The notes under the pieces are model-generated. The model was given only the letters and a program-made list of their open reading frames with translations, was not told the origin of the DNA and did not search any database. A DNA stretch of 64,000 bases, from NCBI GenBank assembly GCA_016748015.1, contig JAAOMT010000599.1, positions 124,001 through 188,000 on the forward strand, written 5' to 3'. Shown piece after piece: positions 52,021 to 64,000 of this stretch (within the stretch, counting starts at the first letter, position 1; the number at the start of each line of letters is the position of its first letter). The DNA is from Geosiphon pyriformis uo1. Lineage: Eukaryota; Fungi; Glomeromycota. The position numbers and the translations under genes are program-made.

Positions 52021-53799
52021 GCTAATAAAAAAACCAATTATTAAATCAGTATTAAATTTTTTTGCTTTAAGTATATTAGTTTTGAAATTAAAATAAACTT
52101 AATTTTTATTATTTGTTTTATAATTACTATTAATTAAAAAAAATCATATATTTCTTCTAAGTTTTTTTATATTTAAAAATTTACAGACAGTAATTAAAAA
52201 TCTGCTCAAAAATATGTTTTCTTGTTTTCTAAATGTTTAATATTTTTAATCAAAATTTTTTGTTTTTAAAAAATATGTTTTAAATAAAATCATAAGCAGA
52301 TTTTTTTAATATATTTTTTTATTATGCTATTATTAAAAGCAGTTGTTAAATTCATTATAAAAAAAAAAAAAAAAAATAGAAAATAGAAAAAACTTTTTTT
52401 AAAATTTAGTTCTTTGAAAAATTTAAAATAAACAAAAAAAAGTTTTATATAATTTTATGTAAAAAGTTTAATACAGATAATTTTTTATATAATAAATATA
52501 AAATAATAATATAATACTAATTTTTTAAGTTAAAAAAAATAAATAAAACATAAAAAAACTTAATACTTATTATAAAACTATAATAAAAAGTAAACTTTAA
52601 AAGAATTAATTTTTTTAATTTATAAAATAACTATATAGTTAAATTATCTGTTATATTAATAATATTTTGAATATAAACCAAAATTAGCATAAAAATTATT
52701 TTTATAATCATTATTATTTAAAATAGATAATAATACAAATGAATATTCAAATCAAATATAAAAAAATAATTTAAAATTTATAAATTATATATTGTATTTA
52801 AATAAAAATAGATTGAAGATGATATCAAGAATAAAAAAAATTATAATTTATTACCAAACCTTTTCATCAAAGAATATGCATGAGTTTAACAATATATAAT
52901 AATAACGAAAACCTAATAAAAAATCGGTCTCCTTAGGATTTAAAGTGAAAAGAACAAAGTCGGTAAGTTAATGAAATTTGTGGCCATTAATATTCAACAG
53001 TCGAATCAGAACCAGGTTCAAAATTGATTTTTCTTTTTTCCTTTGCAAGGAATCAAGTAACCGATTTCTGATTCAGAAAATAAGTAATATTATTGTCATT
53101 CATATCCTTTTTTAATAAAACCTCGTATTCCTTTGCAATCAATAATCAAAGATAATATATATTAAAAATGCACATCCTTTAAAAGGTTTACCGATCGTGA
53201 ATCAATCAAAATTGATATGGATGTTCAAAAATTTGAAAATTTATCTTAGATGGCTATCATGGATGGATTCATCCAATATTGGAGCTCTGCGTCCTAGCAT
53301 TCAGCTCGCCTCAAGTGATACAGTAGGACGATCTGATAATGCTAGTTGGGCAAGCAGAGGAATCGGAAGGAAAAAAGGAAAGTTTCGAGGGTAAAAATAA
53401 AGTAAAATTGAAAAGAAAAATAGGAGCAAAATAAGATTGCTTTGAAATTTCAGGAAGCTAGAGGTAATTTTGGGGGGCGAATAATGAAGTGTGGAGATGC
53501 CAAGGTTTGAATAGACTGCGTTTTTCCTTTCCAACCTTCAAAGAACAACTATGAAAGATTTTTTAAAATCAGTACAGCAAATTTCATAAATTTGCTGAAC
53601 AACACTGTAGGATTTGAGATTGGAAATAGCAAAAACAAGGCGCATTTATCCAGTTGGGTCTCCTATTTCATTTTTATACTATCCACGGTTGTTTCGCCAA
53701 CAAAATTCTTATCTCTTCTGAAGGATTCTTTGTTGAGGAACGAGTGACGACTCGTATGTTGAACGGGAACGTAAGATATCCATTTTTTAATCAAAAAAT

Positions 53800-56700
53800 C
53801 TAGCCAATCGACGTTGGTGTCCAGCCGTTTGACAACTGTGGTAATTTGTCATTTTCAGCTGTACTTGATGTTCTTTTTTCTGAATATGGATCATCGGAAA
53901 ATTGATTGGAAACCATCTCAGTATTGAAAGGATGATCAAACCAATTTAGAGGATTTGATTCAAGTTCATTTGAAAACCTTTGACCAGACATTATAGAGGA
54001 ATCAATTGTTTGAAGGGAAGGGTGGGCAATCCGGTTTAATTTTGAAATATTCTCACCAGATTGCTCCTGGGGCAATTGATTTTCATCAACTTCAAAAGGG
54101 GAAAACCCATAAGAGGATCGCGTTTGAGGAATGATGGGCTGATGAGTGCGATTAATATGTTGGATTGGAGTTGACAGCCCAAATCCAATTGGTACAGAAG
54201 GAAACCCAGGAGGAGGATTGAGAGATCTTGTGGGCATTACGGTTCCATTGAGAGAGGTTAGTGTAGAAGTTGTAGTTCCAAAAGACTTGTTGCTCGGATT
54301 CGTGGAACCAATGGGAAATAGATCGTATTTATTGAATTCGCTATCCAATCCAGGAAAAGCAAATAATGAAGCACTACTTGGTGCAGTACTTGTGCGATTG
54401 GATGTAATATGATCGCTGCCCCCTTTATGAAAATTAGTGGTAGAGACTACAGGATCTTGAGATGAATTGGGAACTCCTGAAGTATGCGTAGCAGAGGGCG
54501 AAAACGGAGAGAATGTGTATGAGCCATTGCTTTGATTGGCACCACTTTTAGCTGCTGAAGATGAATCTAATAGATTCAACATATTGTTCGTGGAACCAAG
54601 AGGCGATGTGGTGTTCTGATGCTCACTAATGTTGTTGCCGAATATCTGGGGCGTGTTAAAGTGATTCCAAAAGCTTGGCTTTTCAGTTGATTTACCATTT
54701 GAGGGAGTAGAAAGATTCCCGTTTAACACTTGATTCAATAATTCTTCAGCAGTGATCTGATTGGGATTTTTAAGGGAAGAATGAGGAGATGGCCTTTTAT
54801 CTCCAACAACAAAGCTAAGGATTGAATTATTTTAAAAATATAAGCCAATGACGAACATAAAAGTTTGGCGCAGAACTATTAAGATTCTTACCTTGCAGGT
54901 CTATTCTCTGTCCAGCTTTGATGTCTTCCAGTGAATAGTATGACTTCATCATCGTCGTCATCCTCATTATTATCACCTGCGAGCACTTTAGGACTGCTTG
55001 AAGTAAATGATTGGGACTCAACCAAATCGTTTTCATTATGATCCACGATGGTGTCATGAGTCTCATTCGGAATCTCCATATCATCTTCAGTCAATATCTC
55101 GTCTTCCACTTCAGTTTGAGAGACAAGGGAGACCATCGGAGGGGATGAAGGCTTACTCGCTGTGAAAATTCCTTCGACTAGATACAATAAGGAGATCTTT
55201 GAAAACAGAATTTTACGTCATACTTTAGTAATGTACTCCAATGTAGATTGTTTAATAATTGAATTGCAACCTTCGAGTCAGCAATCTTATAGGCGTCTTC
55301 AACAATATCGTATATGCGCATATCATGTTCTTCAAATGGTCCATCCTGATCGAATAATGCTTGTGTTTCCAAAGTAATTTCATTTTTCAAAGCCAAGAAT
55401 CCATGCATTTCGAAATCTTCATGTAGAGGAACTTCAAGGGGAACACCATGTTTATGAGGAAAAAGTCGTTCCAAACTGTTCAAAAACTCGGTATAAGATT
55501 CCCAAAAGTTGATTAAGCTCGAATGTTGATTTCTAATATTTTTGTCATTCCCAATTATACTGGACATAAAGGCCAAATACTCTAAGCTAACGTTGAGCCA
55601 TTTGGTAGCTATGCGCAGAGTTGCTAGTATTCTTTTTACGGCGGCAGGAAGAACTTGTACAGCTGTACGGGTTTGCCCAAGCGCAGTCTCGGAAACATCA
55701 GCAAGCTCGGAATTGCAAACATTAAGGAGAGCTGAAAATGTATCCACCACTAGCAATAGTGCGTACTTTTCAATTAGAGCTTTTTTCGATGATTGCGAAT
55801 ATGCTGAATTCTTTGCAATATTGATATTATTGTCCCCATTCTCTAAATAATAAATATTAGTTATGAGGAGAAATGTCTTTTGGCCTTGAATCTGTGAAAA
55901 CATACCATTATTTATATGACGTATAACAAATAAAGCCGCTATGTTAATGACTACTATGCTTAGTAGTTGGTCTGAATCCAAGAAACGGGAAAATGCAAGC
56001 TTTTTCAATTGTTCTAAAAACGACGTCTTAATAGTGGGATATATTTCCACGCTACAAAGTAGAAGAAAAGTCAGGCATAAAATAAACAGTTGAATGTGAT
56101 ACAAAACTTTGGATAATTATGTAATGAGTAATTCGGTGGAAATATTTACTCTGATTTTAAATATAAGATACCATGCAACCTAACAAATTCGGCAAAAAAC
56201 ATTTCCAGTAATTCTCCCGTTTTTGGCCGATCAAGACCTAATTTTCCAGATGATAACTGACGTTTATGGAGAGCTTGGTGTCTATGGGAAAGATTAAATT
56301 TTCCGTTTTGGGAGTCTTTTATATTGCTCTCCAGGAAATCAGCTGAACCCTTTTTAGCTTTCTGAAATAAAAAACCTAAGTTGTCTTTGGCAGTAAGGAA
56401 AGGATTTCGAACAACAAGGCTTCTGTAATAATGATAGACGGCAGCAAAATCATCGGAATTGTATGATGCAATTACAGCTAGTTGATTGTGGGGGTTACCT
56501 ATTTCAAAAAAAAATTAATTACTAGTTAACGAACGATTCAAAAGTAATTTCTTCAATGATTATGCCTTAATCACACAAACCACTATCAGGAACTAACTGC
56601 CGGGCTTGGTTATAATATTCACGCACCGTAGCCCAATTTTTTCTCGGACGCTCATTTTGCATTTCACGATAACGAGCTAGTTGAAAGCTTGCGGGATTAG

Positions 56701-57641
56701 TATAGAAGCTTCGAAACGAATTAATAAATATCAGAAAAGGGCTCAAAAATCCAACCCAAATCGCCAAGGAAAATGAGGCTTTTATGGCAACTGAGAATGG
56801 CTCTTTGTCTAAAATTCATTGGGATAGCCTCTGGAACAGAAGGACCTTAGAGAAAAAAGAGGATTAAAAAAACTTATGATAGCCTAGATTTTAAAAAAAT
56901 CACCATGATGAATTAATAATTACCTGAAAACAATCCAAAATTTTTGATAAAAGGGTTGATTTCTTCAAGTTGAAAATGGCTTGCAAGCCTTTGAATGAAA
57001 GAATAATAAAAGCCTGTGGCTTCATGCAAAAAAGAACGAAAGGAAGTTGACAATTTCCGTGTTACTGGTGACTTAATCCCTCCCGGGTTTGACTGAGCCT
57101 GAAAAATAAAGATTATTATTTTGTAAAAATTTATGAATCAACGTTTTTGATCAATAAGTACCAAACGGATCCTCGTCCTGAACTCTTCAATGACTTTATA
57201 GAAAACATATTTCCACAAATTTTGTTCAACATCTTTCGAATAAGCTAAATCATAGTCGAGGAAAATAATTTTTTCGTAATTATCTCGCAGCCTAAAGGGA
57301 TTTTGATCCGTTTTGTTATGTCCTTAAATAATTAAAATAACAGCTAATTATAACTTCAAGATTTCCTTACTTTGAACGTACAGTGGCCACCTCTTTATCA
57401 AAAGGTTGTTTTTGTTTTAAGAGCTGGCGAAGTTTAACTTCAAGCTCCACGGCAGATCTGATTTAAAGAAAGGGTTGAGATGATAAAGAAAAAATCTAAA
57501 TAAGTTTCCCTTCAATGGAAAACAAGTTTACTTCAAAAGTTCTTGCACTTTGGCCTCAGTAGAAATTTTCTCAATCAAGGAGAAATTAAGAGTTACATAC
57601 TTATACAGATCCAACGCAGCTTCGTGCGCTGTAGCAGGCAT
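53800..57641 (-). CDS. Est1/SMG5-7 family protein, SMG7/Ebs1-like (14-3-3-like TPR domain, low-complexity C-terminus, no PIN domain seen); multi-exon
   Basis: Spliced motifs LRDNYEKIIFLDY, VEQNLWKYVFY, IFLGDLARYRE, YYNQARQLVPDSGNPHNQLAVIA, YHYYRSL..PF..AKDNL; start MPATAHEAALDLYK at 57641; GT-AG introns. Confidence 0.88.
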
Positions 57642-57936
57642 TGTCCTGAAGTAACCATTCAAAAGTAAGAGTGAACAAACCAAAGATGGAACACTGCCTC
57701 ACAAGAGTTGATCGCGAATCTATTTAATTTAAACAGTTAATACTATCAGACAAATCATGACACAGTTGGTCAAACTTCTATGTCGACGAGCTTTGATGTC
57801 ATCTAATTCCAGCCGAAACTGTACAGCGGTTCCGAGTTATGGCTAATCACCAAAGTGATCTGCGAAATATTATCGGCGAAAAATTCCTCAAATGTATAAA
57901 AAATTTTGACGCACATTGTGGTTATAAATTCCCTAA

Positions 57937-60900
57937 ATGTTTACGAAAACCCACCCAGTTTTACCCCAAAATATACAAGAACAACTTGAAAACCAAGGTA
58001 GCTCTAATTAAATTAGTAGAGTAAATTCCTAAATCTGATTTAAATTTTCATGAGACCTTGTAGAATCCGATGATAGAAAATTCTCAAAAAAGTTTAAGGT
58101 TTGGGAGAAAATTCGTAAAGAAAAACGGAAGCGACAAAGAGAAGAAAAGAAGTGCAAAAGATTGAAGGTAAAACATGGTCAATATTTAAAATCAACATTC
58201 TATATCGGTGATCTCATGGCTCTTTTTTTTTAGGATTCTCCCAGGCAACCAGCGTTAACTTCCAATAAACGTCGTAAATATAGTGATGGAAACATAATCA
58301 ATCACTCTAAGTCGAAATCATCAGCAACCAAGAAATTTAAAATTATAAAAGACGATTCTGAAGAAATAATTACTGAAAACTATACTGCCAAAAATAGTGA
58401 ACATGATTCATCGCATATAGATGAAGATTCAATTGATTCAGATGAACGTCGGATGCGATGGCTAGAAAAAAAATTAGGAATAAAGTCTGAACAAAAAATT
58501 GATAAAGTTTTTCAGGAAGATGGTTTAGATGGTAAATGAGACCATTTTATTTGATTGCATTTATAAGCAAAAGTTCTAAGGAACGTGTATCTTTGCTTCT
58601 TCAGATTTATTATCTGGATTTCAGATTGGCTCTTCGAAATTAAGCCACGTTAAACCTAAGTTCTTTAAAGCTATCTCTAAAAACTCCGATGCAGTTTCGT
58701 CAGTCAGAACTTTGGGGCAATATCAAAGTGGGTCAGAAGAAGATTCAATGACCGTTAGTTCAGATGATGACGAGAAAGCGGCGTTAAATCAAGTTCATGA
58801 CATCAATCTAGAGGCTCAAATAGATGATAAGTGTACAACTAAACAGGGTAAAGCAGTCTCAAAGTTAAATTTCTTAAAAAGTTGTAAAAAATGGTTGAAA
58901 CTTATAAAGGGATAAAATTTCCCTTCGCTACTTATCACTATACTCAGACATCAAATATATCCCCCCTCAATTGCGTGCCAAAACTCTTTATCAGACAGAG
59001 GAGTTGACTCGTATTCAAAGACTATTGCAAGGATTGCTCAATAGGTCTATTTAAAAAACCCAAGTAATTTGGCAGCCGGCAAGCTGAAATTTTTAACTGG
59101 CTTTTTTAATTCTTAAAAAATCTAGACTTAGCGAATCCAATATTGAAAGCATCTTGATGAATGTTGAAGAGCTTTACCGAAAATATACACGTCATGGTAT
59201 TTGAGTGAATTTTTCAGAATCTTGAAACTCATAGTTTAATACTTGTTGATCCTAAACAGATGTAACATCGACGATCACCCAGCTCATACTTCATATGGTT
59301 TCGTCAAGATCTAATCTTTTAGATCAGTTTGTTGCACTTTACGCGACTTTTGTAGCGGCCTTATACAAAATACTTGGGATTGATTTTTGTAGGTTCAGTC
59401 AAAGATTTGCGCTATCATTAAATATTAATTACTTGATTCTCATTATCTTCCATGATTAGGTTCTCATTTTATACAAACTTCCATAGAAGAATTTCAAGCT
59501 TTTCACAGAAAATATAGCAGTGCTTCCACCTTAAATAATGCAACAACCGATTCTGGAAAAGAATGCACTAATCTTATCATATTGGTTTCAGCTCTCTACA
59601 ATTTCCAAGTTATTTCATACATCCTAGTATATGATTTGATTCGGATTTTTATCGCAGAGTTAAATGAGCTCAATGTAGAGCTTCTCCTCAAGGTCATCAA
59701 AAGTAGGTGAACGCAGCCTGTTTTGCGAATGATTTTGAAATTTTTATGATATCCATTTATTCCCATTCAGGCTCCGGTTTCCAATTACGACAGGATGATC
59801 CTTCCGCTTTGAAAGAAATAATTCAGCAGGTTCAAACTGAGATAAGTAAAAAAGATCCATCAACAATAAGGTATGTTATTTGATCTTTTACAATTATATT
59901 ATATTACCAATAAATCATCAAAATTTTATGGATCTTATAGCTCGCGTACAAAATTTATGATTGAAACAATCACGAATCTCAAGAATAATCGCATAAAAGA
60001 ACAAAAAACAATTTCAAGCTTAGATAGTACTATCAATTTGAAAAAGTTCTTATCTAATTTAGGAAAGAGAATACATGGTGAAGAAATCTCTTTTGCTCTT
60101 ATCTGTTGAATTTTTAGTCAATTTTCAGAATGCTTATTAAATTGGAAATAAACAGTCAAAGGGTACGAACCACTCCGAGTTAGTTTGGGGGATATTAACT
60201 CGATTGAGACCAAAGGTAATGTAACTTTTTATGTTCAGTCACAATATATTCATTATCGATTTTTTTAAATTTTATTTTCAGGTAAATGGTGGCTTGTCGG
60301 AGCATCATGGAAGGCAAATTCTTCCGATGATCACAATGATTCCACAGTTAGCTTGAAACCCCTTCAAGACAATGCTGCAAATGAACCTTTGATAATATTG
60401 GCAAAACAGCAAAAAATGAATACTGATGTTAGAAGGAGCATTTTTATTGTGCTGATGAGTAGTGAGGTAAATGATTTTCTTAATGATATAAATATTAGTT
60501 TTTCAATCTTAAATTAATTAACACCTAATTGACTCTAGGACTATGTCGACGCTTTCGAACGACTTTTAAAATTAAATTTAAAAGACGTCCAAGAGCGTGA
60601 AGTTCCCAGGGTTTTACTACATTGTTGTGGCAATGTAATTTTATTTTAATGCAGTTTTTTTATGCTTTAGATAAAAGTCGTATTTACCCTTTTTATTCAA
60701 AAAGGAAAAAATCCACAATCCATACTATGACCTGATAGCTGAGCGTCTCTGTGCCCATGATTACGGCTTTAGAGTAACATTTCAATACTGTCTATGGGAT
60801 TTTCTCAGAGAATGCGGTGAAAACGATGTTGGTGGAATGGAGCTTATTCAGAGGTCAAGAATGGTTGATCATGCCACTAAGATGGTTCCTCTTCGAAAGA

Positions 60901-61375
60901 TTGTTAATTTGGCAAAACTTTATGCTTGGGTATTATCCTCTGGGGAGCTTTCCATCAATATATTGAAGGTTTGGGCTTTCACCATCACAAATTATTGACT
61001 TTATAAATTTAGAGTTGGATATTAATCATCATTAATTTACTTTCCCAATCTCAATGTATCTAGACTGTTTCTTTCAACAAATTGCAAGCTCAGAGTCGTG
61101 TATTTTTTCAACTTTTGTTTTCGCAAATAATTATCCTGTCCCAAAGAAATATTACACGTTCATCATCACGTATGGGAAAAGATCGACAAATCCTGGTTGA
61201 TATTTTTGGAAAAGTTCTCCCTAATCTAGCATTAGCCCAAGGAATTTTATTTTTTGTCAAACAATACCTTAAAAGCAACGAGATTTTAAAGAATGATGCA
61301 GACAGAGCGATTATTAAGTGGGGATGTAGTGTTATTGAGGAAGTGATCCAATGTGGAAAAAATATTTTGGGTTGA
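57937..61375 (+). CDS. SGD1: Nucleolar MIF4G/MA3-domain protein Sgd1/NOM1; multi-exon
   Basis: KYIPPQLR, LLNRLSESNI, RQDDPSALKEII, SRTKFMIETITNLKNN, GKWWLVGASW, MNTDVRRSIFIVLMSSEDYVDAFERLLKL, NPYY. The start codon is inferred. Confidence 0.92.
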
Positions 61376-61616
61376 TTGATTTTATGAAGCCAATTAAAAT
61401 CATAAAAAATAGGTTCCCTGACTTGTTGAAAGCTGCATCTCCCAATTCTAAAAGTCATGGTGACTATCATATCATGACATCCTTTATTTGATTTGTTACA
61501 CCAGTATTCTGTGACAATAAATATATTGGTTTCTAAATAACCCTAAAAACTAGGTTCAGCCCACAGAGGATCAAGGATTTTGGTGTTGGAGAATACTCTA
61601 TCAAAAGTAGGTAGAC

Positions 61617-64000
61617 ATGTCGCAACAGCAGCAGCAGCAGCAACAACAACAACAACAACAACAATATCTCTTTCAGCAAGGTTCGCGTGCGCCCAGCGGT
61701 CCGAATCCCATCTTGCAGACACCAATGATTCAACAGCAATATGGACTTTCCAACTTGTCAGGACTTGGCCAGTTGTCTATTTTCCCAGAAGTCTCGCTTA
61801 GCGGAGCCAACACCGCACCAGGGGTTATAGCTTTGTCCCATCGAATGATGCCGCAACAAAACCCACAGCAGCAATACAATACTTCCGGGTTGCAAGGCAA
61901 CGCTAAAATACCGTGGGCTGTAAGTCCCGAAGAAAAAAGTCAATATAGGGAAATTTTTAAAGCATGGGATACGGCTGGATTGGGATATATATCAGGTGTT
62001 TTGTATAAGGACTCTTGATCATTGGCGTGCCTATGATGTTTTTAGACAAATCTTTGCTTAATCCACAATTTATATTAGGGGAGAAAGGGCGAGAAGTATT
62101 CTCTCAGTCTGGATTACCCGCAAACGTATTGATGCAAATTTGGTTAGTAGCAATCAAAAATTCGGATTTCTTTTGTGCTATTTTCATGCGATATGCCGAT
62201 ATCCTTTTAAAAGGCTTCAATATTGTTAATTTTATGGATTTAAGGAACCTTGCCGATCCTAGCAATCAAGGAAAGCTTAATCAAGATGAATTTGCTGTTG
62301 CTATGCACTTAATATATCGAAAGCTCAATGGATATGATGTCCCAACATCCCTTCCACCCGAATTAATTCCTCCTTCTTCTCGGGATTTCGCCGAAAGCGT
62401 CGATCTTGTCAAAAACATTTTGGCCACTGACCTTCATAACCAAAGAACGGGGCTTTCTCCCCAAATTTCTACCTCTTCATATATAAAATCAAGGAGCTTC
62501 ACGAATAATCCGACTATCGATATACGAACTGATGGCGTCAGCTATAAGCATGAGGATAAAGAAATTGGATATGTTTCTTCGGCTCGAAGACGCGTACCAT
62601 CTGTGACTAGAGAAACGTCACCTTCTTATTCCTCTAGATCTGAATCTGGTCGTGATGAATCAACTACTAACCTTTCGGATCTTAAGAAGCAGATCCACGA
62701 AAAAGAAATATTACTAGATGCTTTGTCGTATAGTGCGGAAACAGCCCCCATATCATCCTATGACTCTAATGACATCGAGGAATTCAAGAGGAAGATTAGG
62801 GATCTCCAATCACAAATAGCTGGGCAAAAATCACACTCTAGTCAAGATTGGATTGTAAGGAAGGCTTTCACAGATATGGAAGAATTGAATTCTCTCATTG
62901 ATAAACATCACAGTCTGGAATTTGATCTCAATAATATGATATACGACATTCCTGATTCAATAAATAAAATTCGAGAAACAGACAACAAAGTAGCGGAAGC
63001 AAAATTAGACTTATTTAAACTACGGGAGTCGCATAACAGTTCGTCGGATTTTTCAAGTATTGGTGAAGGGTCTATGACCGAAGCTGATAAAATAAAGGCT
63101 AAAGCTACAGCAATGCTTCAAGCACGTATGGCAGCCATAACTGGGAATCCGGTACCTCTTGTTGGTAGTGGGTCTGATGCAAGTGCAGTAAGAAGATTAG
63201 AAGAAGAAACAATTAAAGTTAACGCCGATAAAACCACTCGAGAACAACGTGTTTCAGACGTTGAAAGAATAGTATCTAGATTACAAGATTTTATTATTCG
63301 TGTTGCCAGGGAGAGAGACGAAATAGAATCTAAAATTCAAAAAAATGGCATACGTTTTGCAAAGGAGGACAAAGAAAAATGGAATGAGGGGATTGGTGTT
63401 AGTGAGGAAGCTCGAAGATTCATCAAAGATCTCGAAAAAGAAGATTCAAGGGGCATTCCAAAAATAGATTATACTGAATCTGACTATGAATCGCGTGACC
63501 CGTCTTATGGAGATTCTCCTCCAAAATCTTCGAAATTAATTTCTAAATCTACCACTAGCTATTCCTCATACAGTATCTCCTCCCAAAGTTCATCATCAAA
63601 GGCAAAGTCTCCTGAAGAACGTGCGGCATTCATTAAAGCTGAAGCAGAGCGTCGAATGCAGGAGCGATTGAAGGCTTTAGGTGTGACGCCTCCAGTGGCA
63701 GCAGCTAAATCCACCCCTGTTTCTCGATCTTCATCAATTTCCGATCGTCTAGCCCGCGAAAAAGCAGAGACTGCTGAAAGAATAGAACGTGCAGAAAAGG
63801 AAGCTGCCGAACGTGAGCGTACTCGTTCTGAAAGACTTTTAGCTGAAAAGCAGAAAAAAGCTGACGAGGAAGCGGAAAGGACACGTAGGGTCGAGGAGTA
63901 TGAACGTCGAGAAGCTGAAAGGAGAAAACAATGGTTAGCTGAGGCTGAAGAACTTGAAAAAGTTAAAGGCAGGAAAGCTCGTGAAAAAGAGGAAGCCGCT
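61617..64000 (+). CDS. PAN1: Pan1-like EH-domain endocytosis/actin regulator; 3' end beyond the window
   Basis: KIPWAVSPEEKSQYREIFKAWD...SGL...LMQIWNLAD...GKLNQDEFAVAMHLIYRKLNG..LPPELIPPS; coiled coil; AEAERRMQERLKALG. Introns at about 61996-62078 and about 62143-62244. Confidence 0.88.
61623..61664 (+). repeat. CAG/CAA microsatellite encoding polyQ (14 Q)
   Basis: Read directly from the sequence. Confidence 0.95.

Noticed and set aside
52020-52800. Very AT-rich stretch as an origin or centromere-like element
   Set aside because: No defined repeat unit or motif; indistinguishable from terminally eroded TE sequence.
57839-58024. 61-aa ORF as the SGD1 first exon
   Set aside because: The ATG at 57937 gives a better in-phase spliced N-terminus (MFTKTHPVLPQNIQEQLENQ-ESDDRK); the upstream ATG is at most a uORF.

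Overview
Eukaryotic, intron-rich fungal DNA. The AT-richness, gene structures and retroelement types suggest a Glomeromycota-like early-diverging fungus (inference). About 52 kb (1-52,800) is a retroelement graveyard. It holds a decayed L1/Tad1-type LINE (1-4232, minus), a small CpG-retaining island with two short divergent hypothetical genes (about 5.0-6.6 kb), and three Ty3/Gypsy LTR families, here called A, B and C. These families are nested at least four deep, with 4-bp target-site duplications, and are increasingly eroded by C>T/G>A transitions. Their architecture is unusual: a long N-terminal extension on Gag, Cys-rich modules between protease and RT (plus a dUTPase in family A), an integrase set apart from RT-RNaseH in the +1 frame behind a 67-nt spacer in both A and B, a UUUAAAC -1 frameshift site in B, and a conserved non-env ORF3 that runs through the PPT into the 3' LTR. 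The last 11 kb is ordinary gene space: an SMG7/Ebs1-like gene (minus), SGD1/NOM1 (plus, divergent) and the 5' part of a PAN1-like gene. All family and domain calls come from motifs read by eye; no database search was run.
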